Notes under the pieces: generated by a model | Databases searched by the model: none | What the model saw: only the letters and a program-made list of their open reading frames with translations | What the model was told of the DNA's origin: nothing | Origin: Burkholderiales bacterium | Lineage (GTDB): Bacteria > Pseudomonadota > Gammaproteobacteria > Burkholderiales > Ga0077523 | Length of the DNA: 64,000 nucleotides | Assembly (NCBI GenBank): GCA_965279325.1 | Contig: OZ257154.1 | Location: forward strand, 5,030,510 to 5,094,509 | Direction of reading: 5' to 3' | Shown here: positions 34,227-42,831 of the stretch, one piece after another | Layout of the letters: the number at the start of each line of letters is the position of its first letter | Position numbering within the stretch: position 1 is the first letter of the stretch | Position numbers and translations under genes: made by a program

Positions 34227-35425
34227 TCCGCCGACCGCACCCGTCCCGCAAGCCAGATACACGCGAGCGTCGCCGTGACCGCCACGAGGCCGACGACCCA
34301 GTAGTACGTGATCCGCCCGTCCGGTGCACGGCCCATGATCAGGCCTGCGGAGTACGCCGCCAGGCCCGCGAACAGCTGCTGGATCGAACTGTTGAAGGCG
34401 AGAAAACTGCCGCGCAGCCTCGGCTCCGCGCTGGCGGTGACCAGGGCCATCACCGGTACGAAGCGGCCCGACACGAACACCATGAAGATGACACTCGCCC
34501 CGATGGCGACCGCCACGGGCACGGGCGGCAGGTTGGTCGTGATGATCAGCGGCACGATCGAGATCGTCGCGATGATGCGGAACACGCGCTTCTTGCCGTG
34601 ACGGTCCGATAGCCGGCCGATCCAGCGCGAGGTGAACAGCGTGGCAAGCCCGCCCGCGAAGTAGAGATACGGCAGGTCCGTTTCGGCGAGCCCCACGTTC
34701 GCGACCGTGTAGGGGCTGATGAACGGGATCACGGAAAAGCCCGCGAACATCAGCGTCGCCGTCAGGGCAAAGGCGTTGAGATGATTGCGGTTGGCGAACA
34801 CGGCCTGCAGCTGCGACTTGATCGAGCTCGCACGGCGCGCTTGCAGGTGCCGGTCCAGCTTCGGCAGCAGGCGTGAGCCCGCGATCCAGAGCAGTACGCT
34901 GGCGACCGTGAGGAATCCGAACGGCGCGCGCCAGCCGAAGTGATTGGCGAGGAACAGGCCGATCGGCACGCCGGCGATAGCCGCGAGCGAGAAAGCCGAC
35001 GAGATCACGCCCATCGCCGTGCCGCGGCGTTGCTCGGGGATGAGATCGCCGACGATCGCATAGATCACGGCGCCCGCGACGCCTCCGAAGACGCCCGCGG
35101 CAGCACGCGCGGCGAGCAGCGTCCAGAAGCCCGGCGCCAGCGCGCACAGCAAGGTCGTGACGGCGAAGCCGGCGTAGATGCCGAGCAGTGCCGTCTTGCG
35201 ATCGAACCGGTCGATATGGAATGCGGCGAGAAACCCCGAGGCTGCCGCGCCGAACGTGTAGGCCGACACCAGCAATCCGAACTCGTGCGGCGTGACGTGG
35301 AACACGCGCATCAGCTGCGGCCCCAGCGGCATCATGACCATGAAGTCCATGATGTGCGTGACCTGGATCGCGGCGAGCAGCGCGAGCAGGGCGCGTTCAC
35401 GGAGCTGGGGGTCTGGAGTGCTCAC
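34214..35425 (-). CDS. MFS transporter
   Basis: 12-TM pattern with MFS motifs (e.g. DRFDRKTALL). Start set at GTG 35425, just downstream of the nonamer inverted repeat. The track start at 35521 lies inside that repeat. Confidence 0.8.
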   Translation of the reverse strand: MSTPDPQLRERALLALLAAIQVTHIMDFMVMMPLGPQLMRVFHVTPHEFGLLVSAYTFGAAASGFLAAFHIDRFDRKTALLGIYAGFAVTTLLCALAPGFWTLLAARAAAGVFGGVAGAVIYAIVGDLIPEQRRGTAMGVISSAFSLAAIAGVPIGLFLANHFGWRAPFGFLTVASVLLWIAGSRLLPKLDRHLQARRASSIKSQLQAVFANRNHLNAFALTATLMFAGFSVIPFISPYTVANVGLAETDLPYLYFAGGLATLFTSRWIGRLSDRHGKKRVFRIIATISIVPLIITTNLPPVPVAVAIGASVIFMVFVSGRFVPVMALVTASAEPRLRGSFLAFNSSIQQLFAGLAAYSAGLIMGRAPDGRITYYWVVGLVAVTATLACIWLAGRVRSAEPPP

Positions 35426-35431
35426 TGAGAA

Positions 35432-35600
35432 TGGGAAAGGCAAGGCTGAAACACGAATGACGCGATAAAACGTGAAACACGAAGGACACGAAGGCACGCG
35501 AAGGAAAGTCGACGGCAACAACGAAATCGGAGCAGGACTCGAATGCGCCTGGTGTCCTTCGTGTGCCTTCGTGCCCTTCGTGTTCCCGCTTTGCCTGCCT
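35432..35600. repeat. Large imperfect inverted repeat built from tandem CCTTCGTGN nonamers
   Basis: Core arms at 35476-35504 (AACACGAAGGACACGAAGGCACGCGAAGG) and 35556-35584 (CCTTCGTGTGCCTTCGTGCCCTTCGTGTT) match at 27 of 29 positions when complemented. Weaker outer arms. 51-nt spacer. Confidence 0.65.
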
Positions 35601-36634
35601 TACGTCGCCGAAATGCGGCAAAGCCCGAAAGCCTCCGCCAGCATCCCATACGACTCGATGCGCGCACCGTAGTCGCCCGTGATCGTGAGCACCATCACTT
35701 CGTCGGCTTCGTACTGCGACTGCAGTTCGAGGATGCGATCGCGAACCGACTCGGGCGTGCCGATGATCGCCCGCGCGCGTTCGCGGCGGATGACCATGCG
35801 GTCGGCTTCGGTGTAGGGCTGGTCCAGCGCCTGCTCGATGGTCGCGACCGGTGCGTCGAATCCCCGTGCCATCTGCAGTCGGCGCAGGTCGATGGGTGCC
35901 GCCAGTCGCTCGGCTGCTTCGATCGTGCGGCCGCAGATCGCGAACACGGTGAGCATGGAGTAGGGCGCCGCCTCGCGATTCGACGGCCGATAGTCGCGAC
36001 GATAGGCGCGCATCACCTCGTCACCGCCGTGGGCGTTGATGAAATGCGCGAACGAGCAGCGCAGGCCGAGGTGGGCGGCGAGCGTCGCACTGTAGTCGGA
36101 CGAACCGAGCAGCCACACTTCCGGTGAACCGGAGCCCGCCGGCATCGCCTTCACGCGTCCATAGGGATGATTCGCGGGCAGCGCGTCGTCGAGGAACGCG
36201 ATCGTCTCCTGCACGTGCGTGGGGAACTGGTTGATGTCGTAGAACGCACCCTGGAACAGTGCCTGCGACGTGACCATGTCGGATCCAGGAGCGCGTCCCA
36301 TGCCCAGATCGATGCGGCCGGGAAACAGCGCCTCCAGCATGCGGAACTGCTCCGCGACCTTGAGCGCGCTGTAGTAGGGCAGCAGCACGCCTCCCGTGCC
36401 CACACGCATCCGCGAAGTCACGGAAGCGAGCCGCGTCAGCAGGATCTCTGGACACGGGTCCGCGAGCCCCTTCATGTTGTGATGCTCGGCAAGCCACATG
36501 CGGTGATAGCCGAACGACTCGACCTCACGCGCCAGCTCGATGGTCCGCTGCACCGCTTGCGCCGGCGTGTGGCCGTGGATGATCGGGGACTGGTCGAGGA
36601 CCGACAGGCGGATCGGCTTGGTGGTGGCGTTCAT
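35600..36634 (-). CDS. LLM-class (luciferase-like) flavin-dependent oxidoreductase
   Basis: LSVLDQSPI...A....IELA...E..GY.R.W.AEHH and LLPYYSALKVAEQF patterns of luciferase-family group 1. Confidence 0.85.
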   Translation of the reverse strand: MNATTKPIRLSVLDQSPIIHGHTPAQAVQRTIELAREVESFGYHRMWLAEHHNMKGLADPCPEILLTRLASVTSRMRVGTGGVLLPYYSALKVAEQFRMLEALFPGRIDLGMGRAPGSDMVTSQALFQGAFYDINQFPTHVQETIAFLDDALPANHPYGRVKAMPAGSGSPEVWLLGSSDYSATLAAHLGLRCSFAHFINAHGGDEVMRAYRRDYRPSNREAAPYSMLTVFAICGRTIEAAERLAAPIDLRRLQMARGFDAPVATIEQALDQPYTEADRMVIRRERARAIIGTPESVRDRILELQSQYEADEVMVLTITGDYGARIESYGMLAEAFGLCRISAT

Positions 36635-36714
36635 GGCGTTGCGGCGATGGTGGTCATGAGGATGCCCGATTGCGACGGGGAGGTCGAGCCGGCGATCGGC
36701 TCCGAGCCCCCCTG

Positions 36715-38085
36715 TCAGTGATGGTCATGGCCACCGGGCTTGCGCACCTGGATCTCCACACCGGCAGCGCGTGTTTCCGACGCGCGGACCGGCTCCGCCA
36801 ATGGCTCCGTCCATTCGTGCGCCACCGTGCCCTCCGGATGCACATACCAGCCCGGATCGCTGTAGTCGTTCTTCGCGAGCCCCGCGCGGACCTTCATGAC
36901 CGTGAACATGCCGCCCATCTCGATCGGACCGAAAGGGCCCTGGCCGGTCATCATCGGCAGCGTGTTCTCCGGCAGCGGCATGCGCATCGCACCCATGTCG
37001 GCCATGCCCTTGTCGCCCATGCTCATGTAGTCGGGCACGAGCTTCAGGATCTTCTCGGCCACGCCGCCTTGATCGACCCCGATCATGGTCGGTACGGCAT
37101 GGCCCATGGGGCCCATGGTGTGGTGCGACTTGTGGCAGTGGAACGACCAGTCGCCCGGCAGGTCGGTCACGCATTCGATCGCGCGCATGCCGCCCACCGG
37201 CACGTCCACGGTCACCTCGGACCATCGCGCGCTCTCCTGCACCCAGCCGCCGTCGGTGCACGTCACCTGGAAGTCCACGCCGTGCAGATGGATCGGATGG
37301 TTGGTCATCGTGAGGTTGCCCATGCGGATGCGCAGGCGTTCGCCGAGCCCCACCACGAGCGGATCGATGCCGGGAAACGCGCGGCTGTTCCAGGTCCACA
37401 GGTTGAAGTCGAGCATCGTGTTCACCCGCGGCACGTAGCTGCCCGGATCGATGTCGTAGGCGTTGATGAGAAACACATAGTCGCGATCCACGCGATGCAG
37501 CGACGGATCCTTCGGATGCACCACGATGCTTCCCATCATGCCCATCGCCATCTGCACCATCTCGTCGGCGTGCGGGTGGTACATGAAGGTGCCGCTCTTC
37601 TTCATCTCGAATTCGTAGACGAAGGTCTTGCCCGGCTGGATGTGCGGCTGGTTGAGGCCGCCCACGCCGTCCATGCCGTTGGGCAGCAGGATGCCGTGCC
37701 AGTGAATCGTGGTGTGCTCCGGCAGTCGATTGGTGACGAAGATGCGGAGCTTGTCGCCCTCCACGCATTCGATCGTCGGCCCGGGCGACTGACCGTTGTA
37801 GCCCCACAGACGCGCGATCATGCCGGGCGCGATCTCCCGCTCCACCGGTTCGGCGACGAGGTGGAACTCCTTCCAGCCGTCGCGGCTGCGCCACGGCAGC
37901 GTCCAGCCGTTCAGCGTGACGACGGGGTGATAGGGACGTCCATCGGGCGGGGCGAGCGGCGGTTGAGTAGCGGCGGCAGTCTGGGTCGGTATCTCGGGCA
38001 ATGCGGCGAGCGCGACGCGGCTCACCGCGGCGGCGCCCAGGGCGGAAGCGGCGGAGAGCCGCAGGAAGTTGCGTCGATCGTTCAT
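36715..38085 (-). CDS. Multicopper oxidase with Tat signal and Met-rich segment
   Basis: ATG at 38085 gives MNDRRNFLRLSAASALGAAA. Copper-site motifs HWHG, HPIHLHG, HCHKSHH. Met-rich stretch MSMGDKGMADMGAMRMP. Starts 4 nt after the TolC-like stop. Confidence 0.85.
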   Translation of the reverse strand: MNDRRNFLRLSAASALGAAAVSRVALAALPEIPTQTAAATQPPLAPPDGRPYHPVVTLNGWTLPWRSRDGWKEFHLVAEPVEREIAPGMIARLWGYNGQSPGPTIECVEGDKLRIFVTNRLPEHTTIHWHGILLPNGMDGVGGLNQPHIQPGKTFVYEFEMKKSGTFMYHPHADEMVQMAMGMMGSIVVHPKDPSLHRVDRDYVFLINAYDIDPGSYVPRVNTMLDFNLWTWNSRAFPGIDPLVVGLGERLRIRMGNLTMTNHPIHLHGVDFQVTCTDGGWVQESARWSEVTVDVPVGGMRAIECVTDLPGDWSFHCHKSHHTMGPMGHAVPTMIGVDQGGVAEKILKLVPDYMSMGDKGMADMGAMRMPLPENTLPMMTGQGPFGPIEMGGMFTVMKVRAGLAKNDYSDPGWYVHPEGTVAHEWTEPLAEPVRASETRAAGVEIQVRKPGGHDHH

Positions 38086-38089
38086 GGGG

Positions 38090-39655
38090 TCATCCCTTGC
38101 GGTCGGATTTCGAGGGTGCCGGCGAGGTGTCGGGGAGCGCGGGTGGCAGCCGGCCACCCAGCGCTTCCTGCAGTTCGGTCTCGGCGACCCAGTAGTCGCG
38201 CAGCGATTCGATGTAGCCGTTGACCGCGAGTACCTGCTCGCGTGCGTCGGCGAGCAGCTCGAACACGCTGATCAGCATGCCGTTGTAGCGCAGCACGTTC
38301 TCCTCGCCGATACGCTTGCGCAGCGGCACGATCTCGTCGCGATAGTGACGTGCCAGGTCCCAAGCGTTCCGATACGTCGTGTAGGCCTCGCGCACTTCCG
38401 ATCGGGCGTTGATCGCCGTCTCCGCGACGCGCTCGAGGGATTGCCGATAGATCGCCTCGGCCTTCGCGACGCGTGCATCGCCCCAGTCGAACAGCGGCAA
38501 TTCGAGGCTGATCTCGTAGCCCTTCTTGATGTCCTGGTTCTTCTCCATCACCGTGGCCGGACCCAGCTCGAGTACGTTGATGAAGCGGGTCGCCCTGGTG
38601 AGCCCGAGCGATTTCGCCACACCTTCCGCATTCGCCGTCGCCGCGCGAATGTCGAGGCGCTCGCGGATCGCGAAGGCCTCAACGTCAGGCAGGTCGGCGG
38701 CGACGCCGGGCAGGTCGGGCAGGCGTTCCGCGAGCGTGAAGCCCGCGTCATCGCCCCACAGGCCCATCAGGCGGGTGAGCTTCTCGCGCGTGGCGACACG
38801 CAGCGTGCGTGCGCGAGCCAGCTTCGTCGTCGCATCGGCGCGGAAGACCTGCTCGCGCAACTGGTCCAGGCGGCTGAAGTTCCCCGCCTGCGCCATGCGG
38901 CGCCCCAGCTCCGCGCTCGCTTCGGCGGCGTCGAGCACTTCACCGTAGTAGTGCTCGGTCTGTTGCGCGGCCACGGCTTCGAACCAGGCGCGCCGCGTTT
39001 CCAGTCCCAGGTTCAGCACTTCGGAAGCGACGGCGAGCTTCACCGCCTCGAAGCGTTGCCGCTCCATCCGCAGCGCGCTCGGCATGGTGAGCAGGCTCAT
39101 CACGTTCACCGTGAAGGCGGTTTCGTACTTGAAGTCGCCATCGGATGCTCGCGTGCGCGTCGTGCTGAAGCGCGGGTTCTGCAATCGTCCCGCCTGCACC
39201 ACGTCGGCCTCGGCGATGCCCAGGTCCGCGTACAGGCCGCGCAGGCTGCGATTGGAGAGCAAGGCGATCTGCACGGCTTCGTCCGGGCCGAGCGGGCGGG
39301 CGAGCAGCGTGCGGACCTCGACCTGGATGCGGTCGCGATCCTCTTCGGTGCGCGGGTCGGCGACGGTCTTGCCCAGGCGTTGCGCGGCTGTGTCGCGAGC
39401 GGTGTCCAGGCCGCCGTCTTTCGAGAAGCTGGCGCAGCCGGAAAGCGCGGCTGTGAGGGTGAGCAGCGCGAGCGCAGACCGGCAGGGGGGCGATTTTCGT
39501 GTTCTTGCCGGCGAGTGGTGGCCCCCATCCCAACCTTCCCCCGCCAAAGCGGGGGAAGGGGTGTACGTCCCCTCCCCCGCGAACGACAGTTCGTGGGGGA
39601 GGGTTAGGGTGGGGGCCGCGCCGACGACCGGCACACGACGAATGAAGCGGATCAT
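38090..39655 (-). CDS. TolC-family outer-membrane efflux lipoprotein (5' end carries a repeat element in frame)
   Basis: TolC/OEP repeats throughout. Lipobox LTAALSGC. ATG at 39655 has GGAGG 5 nt upstream. Repeat copy C (39521-39616) lies between the start and the lipobox. See finding. Confidence 0.75.
   Translation of the reverse strand: MIRFIRRVPVVGAAPTLTLPHELSFAGEGTYTPSPALAGEGWDGGHHSPARTRKSPPCRSALALLTLTAALSGCASFSKDGGLDTARDTAAQRLGKTVADPRTEEDRDRIQVEVRTLLARPLGPDEAVQIALLSNRSLRGLYADLGIAEADVVQAGRLQNPRFSTTRTRASDGDFKYETAFTVNVMSLLTMPSALRMERQRFEAVKLAVASEVLNLGLETRRAWFEAVAAQQTEHYYGEVLDAAEASAELGRRMAQAGNFSRLDQLREQVFRADATTKLARARTLRVATREKLTRLMGLWGDDAGFTLAERLPDLPGVAADLPDVEAFAIRERLDIRAATANAEGVAKSLGLTRATRFINVLELGPATVMEKNQDIKKGYEISLELPLFDWGDARVAKAEAIYRQSLERVAETAINARSEVREAYTTYRNAWDLARHYRDEIVPLRKRIGEENVLRYNGMLISVFELLADAREQVLAVNGYIESLRDYWVAETELQEALGGRLPPALPDTSPAPSKSDRKG
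39521..39616. repeat. G/C-tract composite palindromic element, copy C (96 nt)
   Basis: Layout: GCCCCCATCCCAACC, TTCCCCC-GCCAAAGC-GGGGGAA, GGGGTGTACGT, CCCCTCCCCC-loop-GGGGGAGGG, TTAGGGTGGGGGC. Same architecture as copies A, B and D. Confidence 0.7.
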
Positions 39656-39762
39656 GCAAACCTCCACGACGTTGCTCCGACGAACGCACGCGCATGCAAA
39701 ACGCGATTCGCGTCAGCCAGGAGAAAACGAGGATCAGCTCGCGACCGGACGGCCGCGAGTGC

Positions 39763-40143
39763 TCAGCGGAGGTCGCCTCGAGGAGGCTTGAGGACGGGGT
39801 CGGGCAGGAAGAAGGTGACGTTCGCTGCGAGCGCCGCCTGATAGACGGACTGCAGCACGTCGGAGAGCACGGGCATCGTCGAAGGCAGTGCCGACGCGCA
39901 GGCGAGATGGCACAGGCCGCACTGGTTGCAGTCCATGCCCTCGTGCTGATCACCATTGCTATCCGGGTGATGGTCCATGTCGTGACCGGCATGATCCATC
40001 GGCATCGAATGATCCATGCCGGCAATGTCCATGGACGTCGTATCGCCGGCCGCGCAGAACGGCATGGTGACCGCACCGATCGACTGCAACGGCAGGCAGA
40101 CGGCCAGGACGATCAGTGCAATGAGGCGGGCGACGCGAATCAT
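39763..40143 (-). CDS. Small secreted His/Met/Asp-rich, Cys-motif protein (putative periplasmic metal-binding protein)
   Basis: ATG at 40143 gives signal MIRVARLIALIVLAVCLPLQSIGA. Followed by MDHSMPMDHAGHDMDHHPDSNGDQHEGMDCNQCGLCHLACA. Lies upstream of the TolC-like/MCO pair. Confidence 0.55.
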   Translation of the reverse strand: MIRVARLIALIVLAVCLPLQSIGAVTMPFCAAGDTTSMDIAGMDHSMPMDHAGHDMDHHPDSNGDQHEGMDCNQCGLCHLACASALPSTMPVLSDVLQSVYQAALAANVTFFLPDPVLKPPRGDLR

Positions 40144-40238
40144 AAGGACAAGTCTAGGCCCGGGGAGGCTCCAAGGCAACGCGATGGCGGGCGCACCTGA
40201 TCTGGGTCAAGCTTTTCCGCCACCGTGCCGTGGCCCGC

Positions 40239-40904
40239 CTATTTCAGCAGGATGTCCACCGCGCTGAACGGAGCGTCGCCCGCGTTCTCGATCACCACCG
40301 GCTGCGCTCCTTCGCGCCACTTGAAGCCGGCCGGTGCCAGCGTCACCTTTTCCTCGCTGCCGGGTTGCACGGCCACGAGCGTTCCGCCCGAGACCGACAC
40401 CAGCATTCCGCAAGGACCGTGCAGCGTCGTGCGTGCCCCCGGCTGCAGTTCGACGCGGGTCACGCGCACGCGCTTGTTCTCGACGATCACGGGGCCCGCG
40501 AGGGCATCGTCGGCGATCTCGGCACGCCCGCAGCCGGACAGGATCTCGGTGTCGGTCACGTGGTAGGTGCCCGTGCCGATGTTGCTGACGCGATGTGCCT
40601 TGGGCTTTGCGGTATAGCCGATGAAATAGGTCTCGCCCGGTTTGCGCGGCGGGCGGGCCGCGGGTGGACTGCCCCAGTCCTCCGCCTCGGTTTCGCTCGG
40701 CTCGATGTTCACGAATACGCCGTCGTACTGATGGATGTGCATCGTGCCGCGATAGCCGGTGGGCAGCGCCACGTCGAAGAAGCGCACGTGCGCGTTCTGG
40801 AACTTGAGCTTGTGCTGCGGCTCCTGGTCGATCGGGACCGGCTCTTCGGCGAAGGCGGCGTTGGCGAGGAAGGCAAGGACGAGGCAGGCGCAGGCACGGA
40901 GCAT
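40239..40904 (-). CDS. Hypothetical secreted protein, cupin-like beta-barrel by eye
   Basis: Signal peptide MLRACACLVLAFLANAAFA. Two beta-rich halves. No motif firmly recognised. Confidence 0.45.
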   Translation of the reverse strand: MLRACACLVLAFLANAAFAEEPVPIDQEPQHKLKFQNAHVRFFDVALPTGYRGTMHIHQYDGVFVNIEPSETEAEDWGSPPAARPPRKPGETYFIGYTAKPKAHRVSNIGTGTYHVTDTEILSGCGRAEIADDALAGPVIVENKRVRVTRVELQPGARTTLHGPCGMLVSVSGGTLVAVQPGSEEKVTLAPAGFKWREGAQPVVIENAGDAPFSAVDILLK

Positions 40905-41093
40905 GGCGGGTTCCCTTCACGGAGGAGCGACGGATTCTACCGAAAGGCCGGGTACTCACCGGTTGCCCTGGAGATCGTTCGGGTTATATTCGGGCCGAGG
41001 GCTGCATCCGGACCCTGTCGTCCTCCGGGCGGGCTTTCACCACGGCACAGGCCGCGTCGGTGCGAGCGGCCACATGGGAAGGAGAGCACAGCC

Positions 41094-42023
41094 ATGGAAT
41101 CGACCCTCTTCGCCGACTTCGAGAACTCCTCTCGCGCCGCCCTCGCGTTCCTGCGCGAGCGGCTGGGATTCGATTCCTGGATCGTCACCCGCAAGGAGGG
41201 CGACGACTGGATCGTGCTCCAGTCCGAGGATCACGGCTACGGCATCCAGCCGGGCAGCGTATTCCCCTGGAGCGATACCTACTGTTCGCGCATGGTCGAC
41301 GGTCGCGGTCCGCACATGGCGCCGCGAGTGGATCGCGTCCCGGCGTATTCGTCCGCTCCGATCGGTCTCGGCCTCAAGGTCGGGGCCTACGTCGGCGTCC
41401 CCTTGACCAACGGTGACGGCAGCCTGTTCGGCACGCTCTGCGCCATCCATCCTTCGCCGCACCCGGAATCCATCGTCGGCGAACAAGGCCTCGTGGAACT
41501 GATCGGCCGTCTGCTGAGCACGATCCTCCAGTACGAGATTCGGACCGCCTCGGAAGCCCGCCGTGCAGAGCGCGCCGAGGCCGAAGCGCAGACCGACGCG
41601 CTGACGCGCCTCTACAACCGTGGCGGCTGGCTGCGCCTGCTCGAACTCGAGGAGAACCGTTGCCGCCGCTACGGACATCCCGCAGTCGTGTTGATGATGG
41701 ACCTCGACGGCCTGAAGCAGGTCAACGATACGCAGGGCCACGCTGCGGGCGACGATCTCATCGTGCGTGGCGCGAATGCCTTGCGCGAGTCCGCGCGTTC
41801 CGCTGACGTGGTGGCGCGGCTGGGCGGGGACGAATTCGCCGTGCTCGCGGTCGAGTGCGATCGCAACGGCGGCGAAGCGCTGCGCAAGCGCGTGCGGGCC
41901 GCGTTGGTCGACGCCAAGGTGAATGCCTCCATCGGTTTCGAGATGCGGGACCCGTCGCGCGGACTCGCCGGTGCGTGTGATGACGCCGATCGACTGATGT
42001 ACGAGGAGAAGCGGGCGCGCTGA
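41094..42023 (+). CDS. GAF-domain diguanylate cyclase (GGDEF)
   Basis: ATG at 41094 with AAGGAGAG SD. GGDEF active site RLGGDEFAV and DALTRLYNRGGW. N-terminal GAF-like region. Upstream codons of track ORF 40230..42023 are antisense to the cupin-like gene. Confidence 0.85.
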   Translation: MESTLFADFENSSRAALAFLRERLGFDSWIVTRKEGDDWIVLQSEDHGYGIQPGSVFPWSDTYCSRMVDGRGPHMAPRVDRVPAYSSAPIGLGLKVGAYVGVPLTNGDGSLFGTLCAIHPSPHPESIVGEQGLVELIGRLLSTILQYEIRTASEARRAERAEAEAQTDALTRLYNRGGWLRLLELEENRCRRYGHPAVVLMMDLDGLKQVNDTQGHAAGDDLIVRGANALRESARSADVVARLGGDEFAVLAVECDRNGGEALRKRVRAALVDAKVNASIGFEMRDPSRGLAGACDDADRLMYEEKRAR

Positions 42024-42028
42024 GAAGT

Positions 42029-42200
42029 CTCCCTTCCCCTGCGCGCAACACGCGTGGGGGAAGGGCGGGGATGGGGGCACTCCGTCGCTCCGAAGATGCA
42101 GCCCCCTCCCCAACCCTCCCCCGAACGAGTCGGGGGAGGGAGCTAGTTGTCTCCCTTCCCTTGCGCGCAACGCGCGTGGGGGAAGGGCGGGGATGGGGGC
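42029..42200. repeat. G/C-tract composite palindromic element, copy D (inverted orientation; one full unit plus a half unit)
   Basis: Reverse complement reads GCCCCCATCCCCG, CCCTTCCCCCA-loop-GGGAAGGGAG, spacer, CTCCCCC-GACTCGTTC-GGGGGAG, GGTTGGGGAGGGGGC. A second L arm plus first hairpin follows. Starts 6 nt after the GGDEF stop. Confidence 0.7.
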
Positions 42201-42231
42201 AACGCAGCGCCCCAGCCCTCGACCTATCCCG

Positions 42232-42831
42232 CTACTTCGCCAACGCCCGATCCACGAAATCCAGCCGGTCCTGACCCCAGTACAGTTCACCGTTCACGAG
42301 ATAGGTCGGCGCCCCGAACACCTGCTTGTCGATCGCCTCCTGCGTCAACCGGTCGTACTCCGCCTGCGCAGGCGCCTCACCAGCGGCCTTCAGCAACGCC
42401 GCACCGTCGAGGCCGACGCCGCGTGCGAGCGACTCCAGCGTGGCGGCCTGCGAGATGTCCTTGTCCTCCTGCCAGCACGCCTTCAGGATCGCCCCGGCGA
42501 GATCGAGCTGCTTCTCGCTGCCCGCACCCGCCGCAGAAATAATGGTCTTCGCCGCGAGGTCCGTCGGAATCGGGAAGAACTTGGGCTCGATATTGATCGG
42601 TACCCCGAGAAAGTCGCGCCAGCGTTTCAGCTCGGCGATGCGATACGCCTGCCGTTGCATCGGCCGCTGCTTGAGCGGCAATCCACCCGAGACCGGAAAC
42701 ACCCGACCGTAGTCCACCGGCTTCACAGCGACCGACGCGCCGTGGCGCTTCGCGATCTCGCGAAAGCGCGCATGACCGAAATGTGTCCACGGCGACATCG
42801 GCGAGAAGTAGTAGTCCACTGACTTGGGCAT
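42232..42831 (-). CDS. 2-hydroxychromene-2-carboxylate isomerase / DsbA-like protein (second copy in window)
   Basis: ATG at 42831 with GGAGGA SD. VDYYFSPMSPWTHFG N-terminus and FGAPTYLVNGELYWGQDRL C-terminal motif. Confidence 0.8.
   Translation of the reverse strand: MPKSVDYYFSPMSPWTHFGHARFREIAKRHGASVAVKPVDYGRVFPVSGGLPLKQRPMQRQAYRIAELKRWRDFLGVPINIEPKFFPIPTDLAAKTIISAAGAGSEKQLDLAGAILKACWQEDKDISQAATLESLARGVGLDGAALLKAAGEAPAQAEYDRLTQEAIDKQVFGAPTYLVNGELYWGQDRLDFVDRALAK

Noticed and set aside
36670-39607. Two long plus-strand ORFs (36670..38223 and 38069..39607).
   Set aside because: They are antisense to the multicopper oxidase (copper-site motifs present) and the TolC-like gene. Their translations are His/Arg/Ala/Gly-rich with no motifs.
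28251-42200. Whether the four G/C-tract repeat loci, or the RTX/solenoid DNA repeats, could be a CRISPR array.
   Set aside because: The copies are kilobases apart, occur in both orientations, are internally palindromic composites and have no regular repeat-spacer periodicity. The tandem repeats in 53-64 kb are in-frame coding repeats with only weak DNA identity. No cas genes are present.
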